64,000 nt of DNA from Polyangiaceae bacterium (GCA_033763455.1 JANRKO010000070.1:14855-78854); one strand, 5' to 3'. Numbered from the stretch's first letter, positions 37,984 to 47,938 are shown. The notes: generated from the letters alone by a model not told the origin. Made by a program: numbers and translations.

Positions 37984-38994
37984 ATGACAACCGAGCCACA
38001 CAAGAAAACGCCACGCTCCTTTCATTGCCGAGATGCGCTTTGGCAGAAGTTCGAGCAGATGGCCAAGGAGCTGGAGTGCTCCGTGGATTATCTGATCAAC
38101 GACGCCATGAAGCAGTATGTGCGTCAGCGTGGCTACGCGGGCCCAGGCTCAACGCTCACCAACATGTCAGCGGTGAATCCAGGCTCCGTGCCGCCTCCGG
38201 CACCAACCGCCGCAGGCACGACCGCGCCGCCCGCGGCTGCCGCACCGCCACCTCCGCCACCTCCGCCACCACCTCCCGCTCCCGCCCTAAAACAGCCACC
38301 CGCACCGCCGCCTCCGGCTACCCACGGCACGCTCTCTGGCACCACCACCACAGGTTCTCACGCGGGGCCACCACCCCCGCCCCCGCATCTCCCTCCCACC
38401 ACCACCTCGGGATCGCAGGCAGGGCGCCTACCTACCACCTCAGGATCGCAAGCGGGGCGCCTACCTACCACTTCGGGGTCGCAAGCAGGGCACCTACCGA
38501 AGCCTGCCCCGGCTCCTCCGCCACCGGCCCGCGCCTTTCCGCCCCCACCAGCAACCGGTGGCGGTGCCCCGTTGTCTCAAGCCGGTGCCCCAACCCAGCG
38601 CGTTCCTCCGCTCGGTACGAGCCCCGGAAGCCGAAATGTGCCGCCCCTCCCTCGACAGGCGCCTCCCCCACTTCCCACCCAAGCTGCCCCCAGCCCGGCC
38701 CCAAACGCCAGCCGCACACTTTCGGTACGTTACGAAGGCCAAGTGTTCCCGATCACGAAAGACCGCTTCGTGATCGGCCGAGGCAAAAACGCCAGCGACC
38801 TAACGATCAAAGACCCAAACGTTTCCCGCCAGCACGCGCTCGTGGAGTTCTCGAACGGGCAATATTACATCGTCGATATGGGGTCGACAAATGGCGTGGA
38901 ATTCAAAGGCTCGAAGGTGCAACGGAAGGTCATCGACGATGGCGATACCGTCCGCGTGTGCGAGCACGAACTCACCTTCTCGTTCTCGGGCTAA
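37984..38994 (+). CDS. RHH-like domain + Pro-rich linker + FHA domain protein
   Basis: RSFHCRDALWQKFEQMAKELECSVDYLINDAM; FHA IGR..D.NVSRQHA..DMGSTNG. Confidence 0.85.
   Translation: MTTEPHKKTPRSFHCRDALWQKFEQMAKELECSVDYLINDAMKQYVRQRGYAGPGSTLTNMSAVNPGSVPPPAPTAAGTTAPPAAAAPPPPPPPPPPPAPALKQPPAPPPPATHGTLSGTTTTGSHAGPPPPPPHLPPTTTSGSQAGRLPTTSGSQAGRLPTTSGSQAGHLPKPAPAPPPPARAFPPPPATGGGAPLSQAGAPTQRVPPLGTSPGSRNVPPLPRQAPPPLPTQAAPSPAPNASRTLSVRYEGQVFPITKDRFVIGRGKNASDLTIKDPNVSRQHALVEFSNGQYYIVDMGSTNGVEFKGSKVQRKVIDDGDTVRVCEHELTFSFSG
38398..38496. repeat. 33-bp coding tandem repeat x3 (PTTSGSQAGRL)
   Basis: Units 38398-430, 38431-463, 38464-496. Confidence 0.85.
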
Positions 38995-39019
38995 AAGAAC
39001 GTCGCGCTCCATACAGGTA

Positions 39020-39045
39020 GGGCCACTGAGCAAACTCAGTGGCCC
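39020..39045. terminator. Hairpin between convergent FHA gene and atpE
   Basis: GGGCCACTGAG-CAAA-CTCAGTGGCCC perfect 11-bp stem; weak U tract. Confidence 0.55.
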
Positions 39046-39112
39046 GCACAATAGACTCTAACCGTGCGCGCCGCTCAAGAGTGGGCAGCGCGCTGGCTTG
39101 AGCCGATAATTC

Positions 39113-39448
39113 TTAGCCGACTTTGCTTTGGAGCAAGAAGGCGAGCGCGAACGCGAACAGCACGAGCGATTCGATGAGCGCCAAGCCGAGAATCATCGGC
39201 GTTTGAATGCGGGGAGCAGCGCCGGGGTTGCGGCTGATGCCTTCGAGCGCAGCAGCAACGGCTCGCCCCTGGCCCAAGCCACCGCCAAGAACCGCGAGGC
39301 CCATGGCAAAACCTGCCGCTAACGCGGCCATTGCCTGCGCGCTGAACTGGTTCGCAGAACCAGCTGCGGCTGCATCTTGAGCAAACGCAGAGGTGCTCAC
39401 CAGAGTGGTCATAAGAGCGGTAGTGATAGCCAACTTCTTCTTCGACAT
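39113..39448 (-). CDS. atpE: F0 ATP synthase subunit c
   Basis: GGGLGQG, ISRNP, LALIES. Confidence 0.95.
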   Translation of the reverse strand: MSKKKLAITTALMTTLVSTSAFAQDAAAAGSANQFSAQAMAALAAGFAMGLAVLGGGLGQGRAVAAALEGISRNPGAAPRIQTPMILGLALIESLVLFAFALAFLLQSKVG

Positions 39449-39556
39449 GCCTAAGTTCTCCTTCTAATTCTCGGCGGGCGGGGCCAGGCTTAATGCCTTT
39501 CCCTCCCAAGGGCCACCGTTTTTTAGGTGAGCCACTCCAAAATCCAAACGCCCTCG

Positions 39557-40324
39557 CTAATGCTCCTCGTGCTCAGTAGCGAGCCCGATATAAACGCACG
39601 TGAGCAAGGTAAACACGAGCGTCTGAATCACTATTACTAGAACGCCAAGCACCATCAGCGGAATCGGCACCAGGACGGCGCAGAGGCTCAAGAAGATCGA
39701 GAGAATGAGGTGGTCGACGCTCATGTTGAGCATCAAGCGGACGGCTAAGGTCACGGGCCTGACGCACAGAGAAATGAGCTCAATCGGCAAGATGAGCGGG
39801 GCAAGGTACCAGGCGGGGCCAGCAAAGTGCTTAATGTAGCCCCAGCCGTTCTCCACCAGACCGTAAAGGTTAAAGAGCACAAAGACGACGAGCGCGCAGC
39901 CGAGCGTGATACTCAGGCTGCTCGTGGCAACCGGGAACCCAGGCAACAGCGCTACGACATTCGAGAAGAAAATGAAAACGGCAGATGTCCCGATAACCGG
40001 GAAGTATTTCTTCGCGCGCTCGGCCCCAAGCACGCTCTTGGCCAGATTGTAGAAATACTCGAGGAAAGCCTCCATGAAGGTGCGAAGCGTGAGCCCAACA
40101 TCCGGCACTACGGCTTCATCAGCGGCCACCAACTTAGAGCGCACAGCAAACGAAATCCCGAGCACCAGCGCCACCACCAAAAACGCGGTAACCATCGGCT
40201 CAAAGCTCTGCCACGTGGGAGCGTGGTGCCCCACCACAGAATCACCGAGGAGCTCAGCGTTGTGAGAGAGCGTGTCCTTAATGTGAGCGAGGATCAGCGT
40301 AAGCCAGCTTGCATGTTCGGGCAT
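39557..40324 (-). CDS. atpB: F0 ATP synthase subunit a
   Basis: FIFFSN, PIELIS..RPVTLAVRL..N, IQTLVFTLL..YI. Confidence 0.95.
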   Translation of the reverse strand: MPEHASWLTLILAHIKDTLSHNAELLGDSVVGHHAPTWQSFEPMVTAFLVVALVLGISFAVRSKLVAADEAVVPDVGLTLRTFMEAFLEYFYNLAKSVLGAERAKKYFPVIGTSAVFIFFSNVVALLPGFPVATSSLSITLGCALVVFVLFNLYGLVENGWGYIKHFAGPAWYLAPLILPIELISLCVRPVTLAVRLMLNMSVDHLILSIFLSLCAVLVPIPLMVLGVLVIVIQTLVFTLLTCVYIGLATEHEEH

Positions 40325-40738
40325 TTAGCCCTCCTTATGGGCGTGAGCCTGAGGAAGAACGGGCTCCTTGGGGGCTGGCCACAGCTGCCCCACCACGATT
40401 CCGAGCGGGAGAGCGACGTAGCCAAGACACAGGAACAATAGGTCAACCACGGCCAGGGATACCAGCACGGCCACGGCGGCAAGCACCGCGCCCACTTTAA
40501 GCGCCGAAAGGACAGCCCACAGCGCCTTCGGCCCCTGCACTGCCATCAGCCGCGGCACCAATTTCGAGATCGCCCAAAGATTAGCCGCACCGATCAGTGA
40601 GCCGAGGAACACGCTCACACCTGGCCGAACCCCAACCAGAGCAACCGCCACAAGCGCACCCAAAAGGCCCAGGCCGGCAACGCAGAGCGTCGTCTTATCC
40701 ATGCCTGTGTTCTTGGGTGATTCAGCGGTGCTTGTCAT
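40325..40738 (-). CDS. atpI: ATP synthase protein I-like membrane protein
   Basis: Four TM helices, position between atpZ and atpB. Confidence 0.65.
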   Translation of the reverse strand: MTSTAESPKNTGMDKTTLCVAGLGLLGALVAVALVGVRPGVSVFLGSLIGAANLWAISKLVPRLMAVQGPKALWAVLSALKVGAVLAAVAVLVSLAVVDLLFLCLGYVALPLGIVVGQLWPAPKEPVLPQAHAHKEG

Positions 40739-40988
40739 GAAATTCTCGGCGCTTGCGATGTTCTTCTTCTTCTTCTCGCTCAGCCTGACGGTTTGCTTCC
40801 TTGAGGGCACGAAGTACAGCGCGAACACCAGCGGCTACACCAAATCCAAAGCCGACGAACGTTAACCACTGCCCGGTGTCGAACTTCCTGTCGAGCCAAC
40901 GGCCCGCAAACATTCCAAGCAGAATGCTGAGCGCTAACTCAAGTCCAACGGTCCCGAAGCGGCCGACGCCTTTCCAATGTTGCTGCAC
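40722..40988 (-). CDS. AtpZ/AtpR (ATPase gene 1) family protein
   Basis: GLELA..G...GRWLDRKFDT..W...G..FG. Confidence 0.82.
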   Translation of the reverse strand: MQQHWKGVGRFGTVGLELALSILLGMFAGRWLDRKFDTGQWLTFVGFGFGVAAGVRAVLRALKEANRQAEREEEEEHRKRREFHDKHR

Positions 40989-41272
40989 CTGTGCCCTGAC
41001 GGCGGCGGTCGCTTAACATGGTGCGCCGGGGGGGTCAATCGCATCGCGCCAGGAATCGGGTGGTCCAGAATGCACGCGGGGCGGCTCAGCAATTCAGCCC
41101 AGGCGTGACCGAGACGCCCGGGAGTCCAAGCGCTGGAGCGGCACGGCCAACGATCCCTGGCAAGGCTCCTGGCACGACTTCGCTTTTGGGGCCGCTTGCT
41201 ACGGCTGCATTTCGGCAGAGGCACGAAGGGGTTGCGGGCTTGGCGGCGCAATTTCTGTGCTTGCGCTGTTCC

Positions 41273-41306
41273 TTGACGAGGAGAATTGTTGTGTTACACA
41301 AATTCT
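41273..41306 (+). promoter_or_regulatory. brnTA promoter/operator
   Basis: TTGACG at 41273 then palindrome AGAATT-GT-TGTGT-T-ACACA-AATTCT ending just before the GTG start. Confidence 0.55.
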
Positions 41307-41307
41307 A

Positions 41308-41583
41308 GTGAAAATTGAGTGGGATGCAAAAAAAGCTACCAGCAACAGACTGAAACACGGGGTGACATTTCAAGAAGCTGCTACGTGTTTCGACGACCCC
41401 AACGGATCCTATTTTCGCAACGACGCAAATGAGTACGAAGATCGTTTGATCCTTATTGCTCTATCATCAAAGGCGCGCATTCTGTTCGTAGTTCACGCGG
41501 AGGTGGGGCGCGATGCCATTCGTATAGTCAGCGCCCGCAAAGCCAGCCCTCAACAAAGGAAGCTCTATCATGCATTGGAGTGA
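41308..41583 (+). CDS. brnT: BrnT family ribonuclease toxin
   Basis: EWDAKKATSNRLKHGVTFQEA..EDR..IRIVSARKA. Confidence 0.92.
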   Translation: MKIEWDAKKATSNRLKHGVTFQEAATCFDDPNGSYFRNDANEYEDRLILIALSSKARILFVVHAEVGRDAIRIVSARKASPQQRKLYHALE

Positions 41584-41848
41584 CGAACCTATGGATCTCA
41601 AGGTCTGGAAGCGCGTCAGAGGTAATCCGTTCGCCGACTACGATCCCCGCGACGGCATCGCACTCTGGTCTTTGTGGGAAATGCCCTCCTCCTCCGTAGG
41701 CAAGCTCGTACGTCGCGGGCGCCCACGGAGTGAGCCTACGGCCGTGCGGAGCATTCGCTTGCCGGTGGGAACTTGGAAGCGCCTGGAGAAAGAGGCCCGC
41801 GCCGCGAAAACTACCGTCAATGCGCTGCTCAGGAAGCGGGTTGGGTAA
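41570..41848 (+). CDS. BrnA-like antitoxin
   Basis: Overlaps brnT; RGRP followed by C-terminal RHH-like SIRLP..LEKEA..VNALLR. Confidence 0.7.
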   Translation: MHWSDEPMDLKVWKRVRGNPFADYDPRDGIALWSLWEMPSSSVGKLVRRGRPRSEPTAVRSIRLPVGTWKRLEKEARAAKTTVNALLRKRVG

Positions 41849-41885
41849 ACCTCAGTCTTAGTGGCTCGCCACACGGTTCCTGAGC

Positions 41886-42368
41886 TTACCTGCTAGCATG
41901 TGAGCGAATCGGAAGCCGTTCCTCAGGTGCAGCACCTTTTTGGGCGGCTCGTACCACGGACGGACCAAGGTTCTTTGAGATGCCGTGGCGCTGCTGAGCA
42001 GACATGCGCGGCTCAGGCTGTTGTTCCGAAATCAGGATGTCGGCAGGAATGTTCATCGCGGCGTAAATGCTTCGAATCATGGGCAGGGTCAGTGGACGCT
42101 TTCTCTCAAGACTTCTGAGACTCGGGCACGCGAGCCATTAAGGGGCTCCAGATCCTTCCTGGACCACCCAAGTTGCTCCGAGTGCGTTGATAGCGTCGAT
42201 CGGCGTTAGGCGCTGAATCGGAAAGCTTCGCCTTTCATAGGTGTCAAGTAGTGTGGCAAGCGCATCGAGCTCGCGCTCTTCGAGCGAGCCACGCTTCGCA
42301 TCTCAGAGCTTCTCGATCCGACGAAGTGCCCTGGGGCAGGAAGCTGGATTTACGACTGGTGCAATCAT
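41886..42368 (-). pseudogene. Decayed HigA-like HTH antitoxin
   Basis: ALRRIEKL*DAKRGSLEERELDALATLLDTYE..PIDAI / EQLGWSRKDLEPLNGSRARVSEVL / RPLTLPMIR..NIPADILI; one stop (42303-05), two frameshifts. Confidence 0.8.
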
Positions 42369-42976
42369 GGCGTCTCAAACCTTGCTAGCAAGCACCCCCG
42401 CAGCTGCCGCAACGCTTGCCCTCGATGGCTGATCGCATTTTTCTCATCGGCGGAAAGCTCCGCAAAACGCCGTGCGGGGTACGCGTCCGGAATGAACAGG
42501 GGATCATAACCAAAGCCTGAACTCCCGCGCGGGGATTCGGCAATAGTGCCCTCCACTGCACCGCGCACGGTTACTGGCGCACGCCCCGGAGCCGCCAGCA
42601 CGATCACACACACAAAGCGCGCCTTGCGCTGCTCGACAGGCACCCCTTTGAGCTCCTCCAAAAGCAACCGTATGTTATCTGCATCTGTTGCCCCCTCGCC
42701 CGCGTAGCGCGCGGAATGGACCCCGGGGCGGCCGCCTAAGTGATCCACCAAAAGCCCGCTGTCATCGGCCATGGTAATCTTGCCGGTAGCTTGGAGCGCC
42801 GCTTCAGCTTTCAGACGCGCGTTGCCTTCAAAGGAATCTTCCGTTTCTTCAACGTGGAAAGGTTGCCCCAAAAGCTCCTGCACAGTGCACACGGAAATGG
42901 GAAGGTCGGCGAGAAGCTCGCGAATTTCCCGAACTTTGCCGAGGTTGGTGGTTGCGAGGGCAAGCGTTGAGCTCAT
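42365..42976 (-). CDS. rdgB: Non-canonical purine NTP pyrophosphatase
   Basis: ATTNLGK, ADDSGL, PGVHSARY, GFGYDPLF, ISHRG. Confidence 0.95.
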   Translation of the reverse strand: MSSTLALATTNLGKVREIRELLADLPISVCTVQELLGQPFHVEETEDSFEGNARLKAEAALQATGKITMADDSGLLVDHLGGRPGVHSARYAGEGATDADNIRLLLEELKGVPVEQRKARFVCVIVLAAPGRAPVTVRGAVEGTIAESPRGSSGFGYDPLFIPDAYPARRFAELSADEKNAISHRGQALRQLRGCLLARFETP

Positions 42977-44556
42977 GTGGGGTAACTTTCGAGGCTTGGG
43001 CGGCGCTCCGAAGGGGGAGGCGCTTTAGAGGTCGCACTCTCGGGAAAAAGCAGACGAAAACGTGTACCTTTGGGCTCGCGGCGCTCGCAGTCGATCGTCG
43101 CACCATGGGCGGTAACGATTTGTTTCACGACTGATAGGCCCAACCCGGTGCCACGCCCTTTAGTGGTGAAGAAGGGTTCAAATAGGCGCTCACGCACGTC
43201 TTCCGCCATGCCTTCTCCTTCATCCTCCACGCACAGCTCAACGCCACCTTCAGGCGCGTGAGAGATGTGCAGGTAAATGGTGCCACCGGCCGGCATGGCT
43301 TCGCGCGCGTTGCGCATGAGATTGAGCAGCGCTTGCCGGATCTGAGCTTCATCCACCCGCACGTTGGGCAAATCTGTCGCGGCGTGAAGCTCCACGCGGA
43401 TCCCGTGGTGCTGGAGCTCACGTTGAGTGAACTGAACCGCTTCTGTGGCAATGGCTGCCAGATCCTCGGCTAGGAGCTGTGGTGGGTCCTTTTTGGCCAT
43501 CGAGAGGTACTGATCGCTCAAGGCGCTAAGACGCTCCACCTCTTTGTCGATAGCCCGAAGCAGCGCCCGCGCCTCAGGAGCGCCCTCGGGGATCTCCTCG
43601 GCAAGCAACTCCAAGTTAAGCGCAATGGAGGACAGGGGGTTTCGCACTTCGTGGGTCACGTGTGCGGCCATTTTGCCAATCGTTGCCAAGCGTTCACTTG
43701 CCAGAAGCTGCTGATTTGCTTGGGCGATGGCACCCACCATGTCCTCGAACGTCTGCGAAAGTTCCCCCAACTCGTCCTGAGCGCGCAGCGCCGGGCGCGG
43801 CGTTAGATCTCCCTTTGCTACTGAATTGGCCCGTGCAGTCACCACGGCCAAAGGACGCAATACGCGCTGAGCGTAGAGTGTCATCAGCACACCGACCACA
43901 AGCGCTAACGACACAAGCCCCAACAGAATTTGGTTCGCACGCCTTTCACGTTCAAGCGCCTCGCGGTCGAGTTCATCGACGTCGCTCTGGACGCGTCGAC
44001 TGAAGCTGACAAGGTTGGCTTTGATGCGCAAGCCACTCCTAGCAAGCTCATCACGCAACACCTCCGCAGCCTGAAGCTCGCGCCTGTCCAACAACTGGAA
44101 TAGTCTCGAGAGCTTCTCGGTATCTGCGTCGGCGGCTCTTTCGAGCGCCATCGTTTCAGCGCCCAGGGCACTCCCTGATTGCCGGGTGGAAGCGTCTTCA
44201 ACGAGCCCAAAGGAGCGCCAAATCAAGGAGCGCACCTCCGCGAACTTCTTCGGGCGCCCCTTTTTGGCGAACTCGAACCACATGCGAATATCCGTTGGGT
44301 TGCGGGCGGCCGTGAGGTGGTTGAGCTGCGTGTTGTAAAGATCTTGCTGGGCCTCAAGTTGGCTTAAGGAGAGCGCCAGCGGCAGGTACCCCGAACGCAC
44401 CAGGCGAGCTTCTTTCGCCGCGCGCCTGAGAGCCAGAACCGTCCATCCTGTAGCCACGCTGAACGCAACCATGATCACCACGTAGGAAAGCAGCACCCGA
44501 ACTGCGACCGACAACCTACGCATGGACTTGGTTTCAGCCATGGTCGGGCAGAGCAC
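42973..44556 (-). CDS. Membrane HAMP sensor histidine kinase
   Basis: Two TMs, HAMP, HEVRNPL, NLMRNA, DEGEG, FFTTK.GTGLGL. Confidence 0.92.
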   Translation of the reverse strand: MLCPTMAETKSMRRLSVAVRVLLSYVVIMVAFSVATGWTVLALRRAAKEARLVRSGYLPLALSLSQLEAQQDLYNTQLNHLTAARNPTDIRMWFEFAKKGRPKKFAEVRSLIWRSFGLVEDASTRQSGSALGAETMALERAADADTEKLSRLFQLLDRRELQAAEVLRDELARSGLRIKANLVSFSRRVQSDVDELDREALERERRANQILLGLVSLALVVGVLMTLYAQRVLRPLAVVTARANSVAKGDLTPRPALRAQDELGELSQTFEDMVGAIAQANQQLLASERLATIGKMAAHVTHEVRNPLSSIALNLELLAEEIPEGAPEARALLRAIDKEVERLSALSDQYLSMAKKDPPQLLAEDLAAIATEAVQFTQRELQHHGIRVELHAATDLPNVRVDEAQIRQALLNLMRNAREAMPAGGTIYLHISHAPEGGVELCVEDEGEGMAEDVRERLFEPFFTTKGRGTGLGLSVVKQIVTAHGATIDCERREPKGTRFRLLFPESATSKAPPPSERRPSLESYPT

Positions 44557-45646
44557 GAGCTAACAGCTGGTGCAGATCCACGGCAGATGCGCCCCGGGAC
44601 CGAAAGCGGCGCAAACTTGAACCGCAGGCCGTAACAATCGTGCCGCCCCCAAGGGCAGAGTGATCAGCGATGCGTGCGTCGGCGATATCCGCTGAGATTC
44701 CTGGCAGTGTACGTGGCAAAGCTCCACCGCCCCCACTGCATGCGGCATCCTCACCGGCGGCCGTGAATTCCAGAGGGCGTGCACCGTTTAACTGCTCCAA
44801 CAGAAGCCTAGGTTCGGTGTACCTGCCCAGCCCACGCCCAAGCTGACAGGGGTCGTGCCAACGGTAAGGGGGCTCTGGAGCGGAAGCAGGCAACCTAGAA
44901 AAACGCTCTTTTTCTTCCACCGCTACATCCAAGAGCAAACGCGAAGTGATGTCTGTAGAGGCACCGAGCGTTACCATGCAGCCTGGGTCTGCAACGATCA
45001 GTTGCTGTGCGCCACGGAGCTTCTGCTTCAGGTCCCGCCGCGCCTGGCGGGCTTCTTCGGGGCGCCCAAGATGCAACCAGGGTGCGCCACAACACGCATT
45101 CAGGATCCGAACAGAACCGAGCAGGTGCTCCGCGAGCTTTACTACCGCGGCAAGAAGTTCTGGGTCCTTCAGATACGCGCAACCCAAAAGTAGCGCCGTT
45201 GGTGCGTTAAGATCACCGAGGTTGTTTTTTTGACCTGTTTCTCCTCTGGCGCGTGCAGGTCGCTCCGAGAGGGCCGCGCCGATTGCTGTGAGCCGGTCCG
45301 CGAGACCGGGCTCGTTGACGTGGCCTGGGGCTTCTGCTCCGCGAGCAACCGCTTCAGCACGTGCCGCGTACAGCGTCGACTCCACGGGGTTTTTATGCCG
45401 ACATGCGGCTGTGCATGCACCGCAGCCGGTGCAACCCCAAACAGGTCTGGCGTCTTCAGTTCGCACCTGACCCTGAGTACGCGTGAGCTCAAACCCGAGC
45501 GACATCTTCCCCCATGGGGTGAGCACTTCCGATGGCTCAGCGCGCGAAACTGGGCACGTAGTGCGGCACAGCTTGGGGCAATACACGCAAGTCTGAAGAG
45601 CGTGGTGTTGGTCTCGTAAAACCGGTAGCCGCGTTTCCCGACTCAC
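44534..45646 (-). CDS. 4Fe-4S / CCG-domain protein (GlpC/Hdr-like)
   Basis: CVYCPKLCRTTCP, CTGCGACTAAC, CCG, WHDPCQLGR, CSGGGG. Confidence 0.85.
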   Translation of the reverse strand: MSRETRLPVLRDQHHALQTCVYCPKLCRTTCPVSRAEPSEVLTPWGKMSLGFELTRTQGQVRTEDARPVWGCTGCGACTAACRHKNPVESTLYAARAEAVARGAEAPGHVNEPGLADRLTAIGAALSERPARARGETGQKNNLGDLNAPTALLLGCAYLKDPELLAAVVKLAEHLLGSVRILNACCGAPWLHLGRPEEARQARRDLKQKLRGAQQLIVADPGCMVTLGASTDITSRLLLDVAVEEKERFSRLPASAPEPPYRWHDPCQLGRGLGRYTEPRLLLEQLNGARPLEFTAAGEDAACSGGGGALPRTLPGISADIADARIADHSALGGGTIVTACGSSLRRFRSRGASAVDLHQLLARALPDHG

Positions 45647-47499
45647 GCGTCTGCCCTATCTTTCCGTTTGCCCTTCGAACCCAGCGGCGCCTGCCGAGGC
45701 TTCGAGGGGGCAACCACTCGCAGCGCGTGTGGCAAACACAGCTCAAATGTGGCGCCTTTTTCGGAGGAGTGAACACGAACAGTGCCCTCGTGCTCCTCGG
45801 CGATTTTTCGAACGATCGCCAAACCAAGGCCCGTGCCACCTTGTTTCCCCGCCGTCACGAAAGATTGAAACAGGCGCCCGCGGATTTCCTCGGGGATACC
45901 TGGGCCCGTGTCCGACACCAAGATCGTAAGCGCCTCACCTGCGGCGACCGCTTCAAGGGAAAGCTTTCCTCCTTTTTCGGCCATCGCTTCGATCGCGTTG
46001 CGGGTCAGATTGAAGATAGCCCGAGATATGCGACCTTCATCGAAATAGGCCACCAACTTCTTATCTACCTTGACCGAAAGCTCCATCGGCCTGCCCTCAA
46101 TCGACAGCTGAAGTTGGCGCTCCAGGCTCTGGAAAAACGCTCCTAGGTAGACCTTGCGAATGAAGATGCTCTGCTCCCCGCGTGCAAACTCCAAGACTTC
46201 GCGCTGCATCGCCGTCAGGGCTTCAAATTGCTGCAAGATTTCTTGCCCGTATTGCCGGCGGAGCGCAGGGTCGTCAGCCTCCTGCATCATTTGCACGTAA
46301 CCGCTGATCACAGTCATGGGTGTTTTGAAATCATGCACCACCTGTGAGAGCAGGCGCCCAATGGTCGTCAGCCGCTGAGTTCTCTCTCTCGCTACCTGCG
46401 CGTTGAAGAGGCGGACGGCAGTCGCGGCGTTCGCTGCGATGAGCCGCATCAAGCTCAGATCTTCAGCCGTAAACCCCTGACCCGTGGCTTTGCTGAAAAG
46501 GCCAATCGCGCCAAGCCCAGAATCTGGATCCAACGGAATGGCGAGCGCCGATGTTACCGGAAATCCAAATCGCCCTTCCACGCGGGGGCTGAAGCTTTTG
46601 TGTTGAGGATCAGTCGCAAAGAGTTCCTGATTTTTGGTCAACGAAGCCCCTAGAAATCCCTCGCGTGATTTGAGGTGAAGCGGCAAAAGCTCAGCTATTT
46701 TGGCGTTGAAGACGTATTCGGTGAGGTCACCGCTTTCCTCCTCCACCAACAACACTGCGCCGCCCAAAGCTCCGCAAGCCTCCGCACTCTTGGCGAGAAA
46801 TGCCTCTACAAGGCGCTCAATGCTGTCGGCCGCAGCTGTCGCACGCTCCAACTGAAACAGAAGCTCTAAATCGCGAACACGCCGTTCCAGCTCCTCCTTA
46901 GTATCCAAGAGCTGCTTATTTTTTTGGATCTGGGAAAGGAAAAGCCGCGAGTTATCAATCGCTACCGCCGCTTGGGTGCTGAGAGCGCTCAGGGTTTCCT
47001 CATCTTCATCGGAAAACTCGGCGTTCAGTTTCTTGTTCAACACCTGGATGACACCTATCGTTCGCCCCAGGTGGTTCTTCAGTGGTACGGCAAGAATGCT
47101 TGTGGTCACGTAGCCGGTGAGCCTGTCCCACTCTGGCTCGAAGCGCTTATCCGTTGCTGCGTTCTTCACGCGGATGGCCTTGCCACTTTGAGCGACCAAC
47201 CCGGCGATCCCGACGCCAACCTTCAAACGAATGGAGCGCACGGTGCCGCCCACCACGACCCTGCTCACCAGCTCTTTCTTACCTTCGTCGAGCAGGTAGA
47301 GCGTGGCGCGGTCCGCTTCCAGCACCTCTGCAACCTTTGCGAGGATGAGCTCTAGGAGGTTGTCGAGGTCCTGAATGGAACCGAGTGCGCTGCCCACCGC
47401 CGTGAGCCCCCGCGCAATTCTAAGCTGCCGAGCCAACGCAAGCTCAAGCTCAAAAAGCTTGCCCCGAGCAGACAGCGGCGACAGTTCGTCGGGCGACAC
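45643..47499 (-). CDS. Cytoplasmic dual-GAF histidine kinase
   Basis: GAF NKK..F..EDE, second GAF, HDFKTPM, NLTRNA, DTGPG, GTGLGL; start uncertain (ORF extends to 47670). Confidence 0.9.
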   Translation of the reverse strand: MSPDELSPLSARGKLFELELALARQLRIARGLTAVGSALGSIQDLDNLLELILAKVAEVLEADRATLYLLDEGKKELVSRVVVGGTVRSIRLKVGVGIAGLVAQSGKAIRVKNAATDKRFEPEWDRLTGYVTTSILAVPLKNHLGRTIGVIQVLNKKLNAEFSDEDEETLSALSTQAAVAIDNSRLFLSQIQKNKQLLDTKEELERRVRDLELLFQLERATAAADSIERLVEAFLAKSAEACGALGGAVLLVEEESGDLTEYVFNAKIAELLPLHLKSREGFLGASLTKNQELFATDPQHKSFSPRVEGRFGFPVTSALAIPLDPDSGLGAIGLFSKATGQGFTAEDLSLMRLIAANAATAVRLFNAQVARERTQRLTTIGRLLSQVVHDFKTPMTVISGYVQMMQEADDPALRRQYGQEILQQFEALTAMQREVLEFARGEQSIFIRKVYLGAFFQSLERQLQLSIEGRPMELSVKVDKKLVAYFDEGRISRAIFNLTRNAIEAMAEKGGKLSLEAVAAGEALTILVSDTGPGIPEEIRGRLFQSFVTAGKQGGTGLGLAIVRKIAEEHEGTVRVHSSEKGATFELCLPHALRVVAPSKPRQAPLGSKGKRKDRADA

Positions 47500-47659
47500 C
47501 CATAGATCGAACACGAAAACGCCGGCGGGATCCACTCTGGCCCCTACGCGGAGCCTGGATCTGGGTGCTTGCCCCAAGAAGGGCCTCCGGCGCAAATGCC
47601 TAAAATGTTCTGCTCTGTTGCCGAACGGCGAGCCTTTGGCTAGCAATGGGACCTCTGGC

Positions 47660-47938
47660 ATGGCCCTCAAACAACTTCACCTCCTGGTTCGCGGCCGAGT
47701 CCAGGGCGTGTACTTCAGGGCCTCCACTCAGCGCGAGGCACGCCGCCTAGGCATAACAGGCTGGGTACGCACTCGTCCCGATGGCGCCGTGGAGATGCTC
47801 GCCGAGGGTGAGGAGCAAGCAATTCGAGAACTACACGGTTGGGCTGAACGAGGGCCAACCGCGGCGCGCGTGGAACGTGTGGAAACGCGCTGGCGGAGTT
47901 ACACCGGAGAATTTCCGGACTTTCGCATCGTCGAGTGA
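47660..47938 (+). CDS. acyP: Acylphosphatase
   Basis: VRGRVQGVYFR, GWVR..DG.VE, GP.AARV. Confidence 0.92.
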   Translation: MALKQLHLLVRGRVQGVYFRASTQREARRLGITGWVRTRPDGAVEMLAEGEEQAIRELHGWAERGPTAARVERVETRWRSYTGEFPDFRIVE

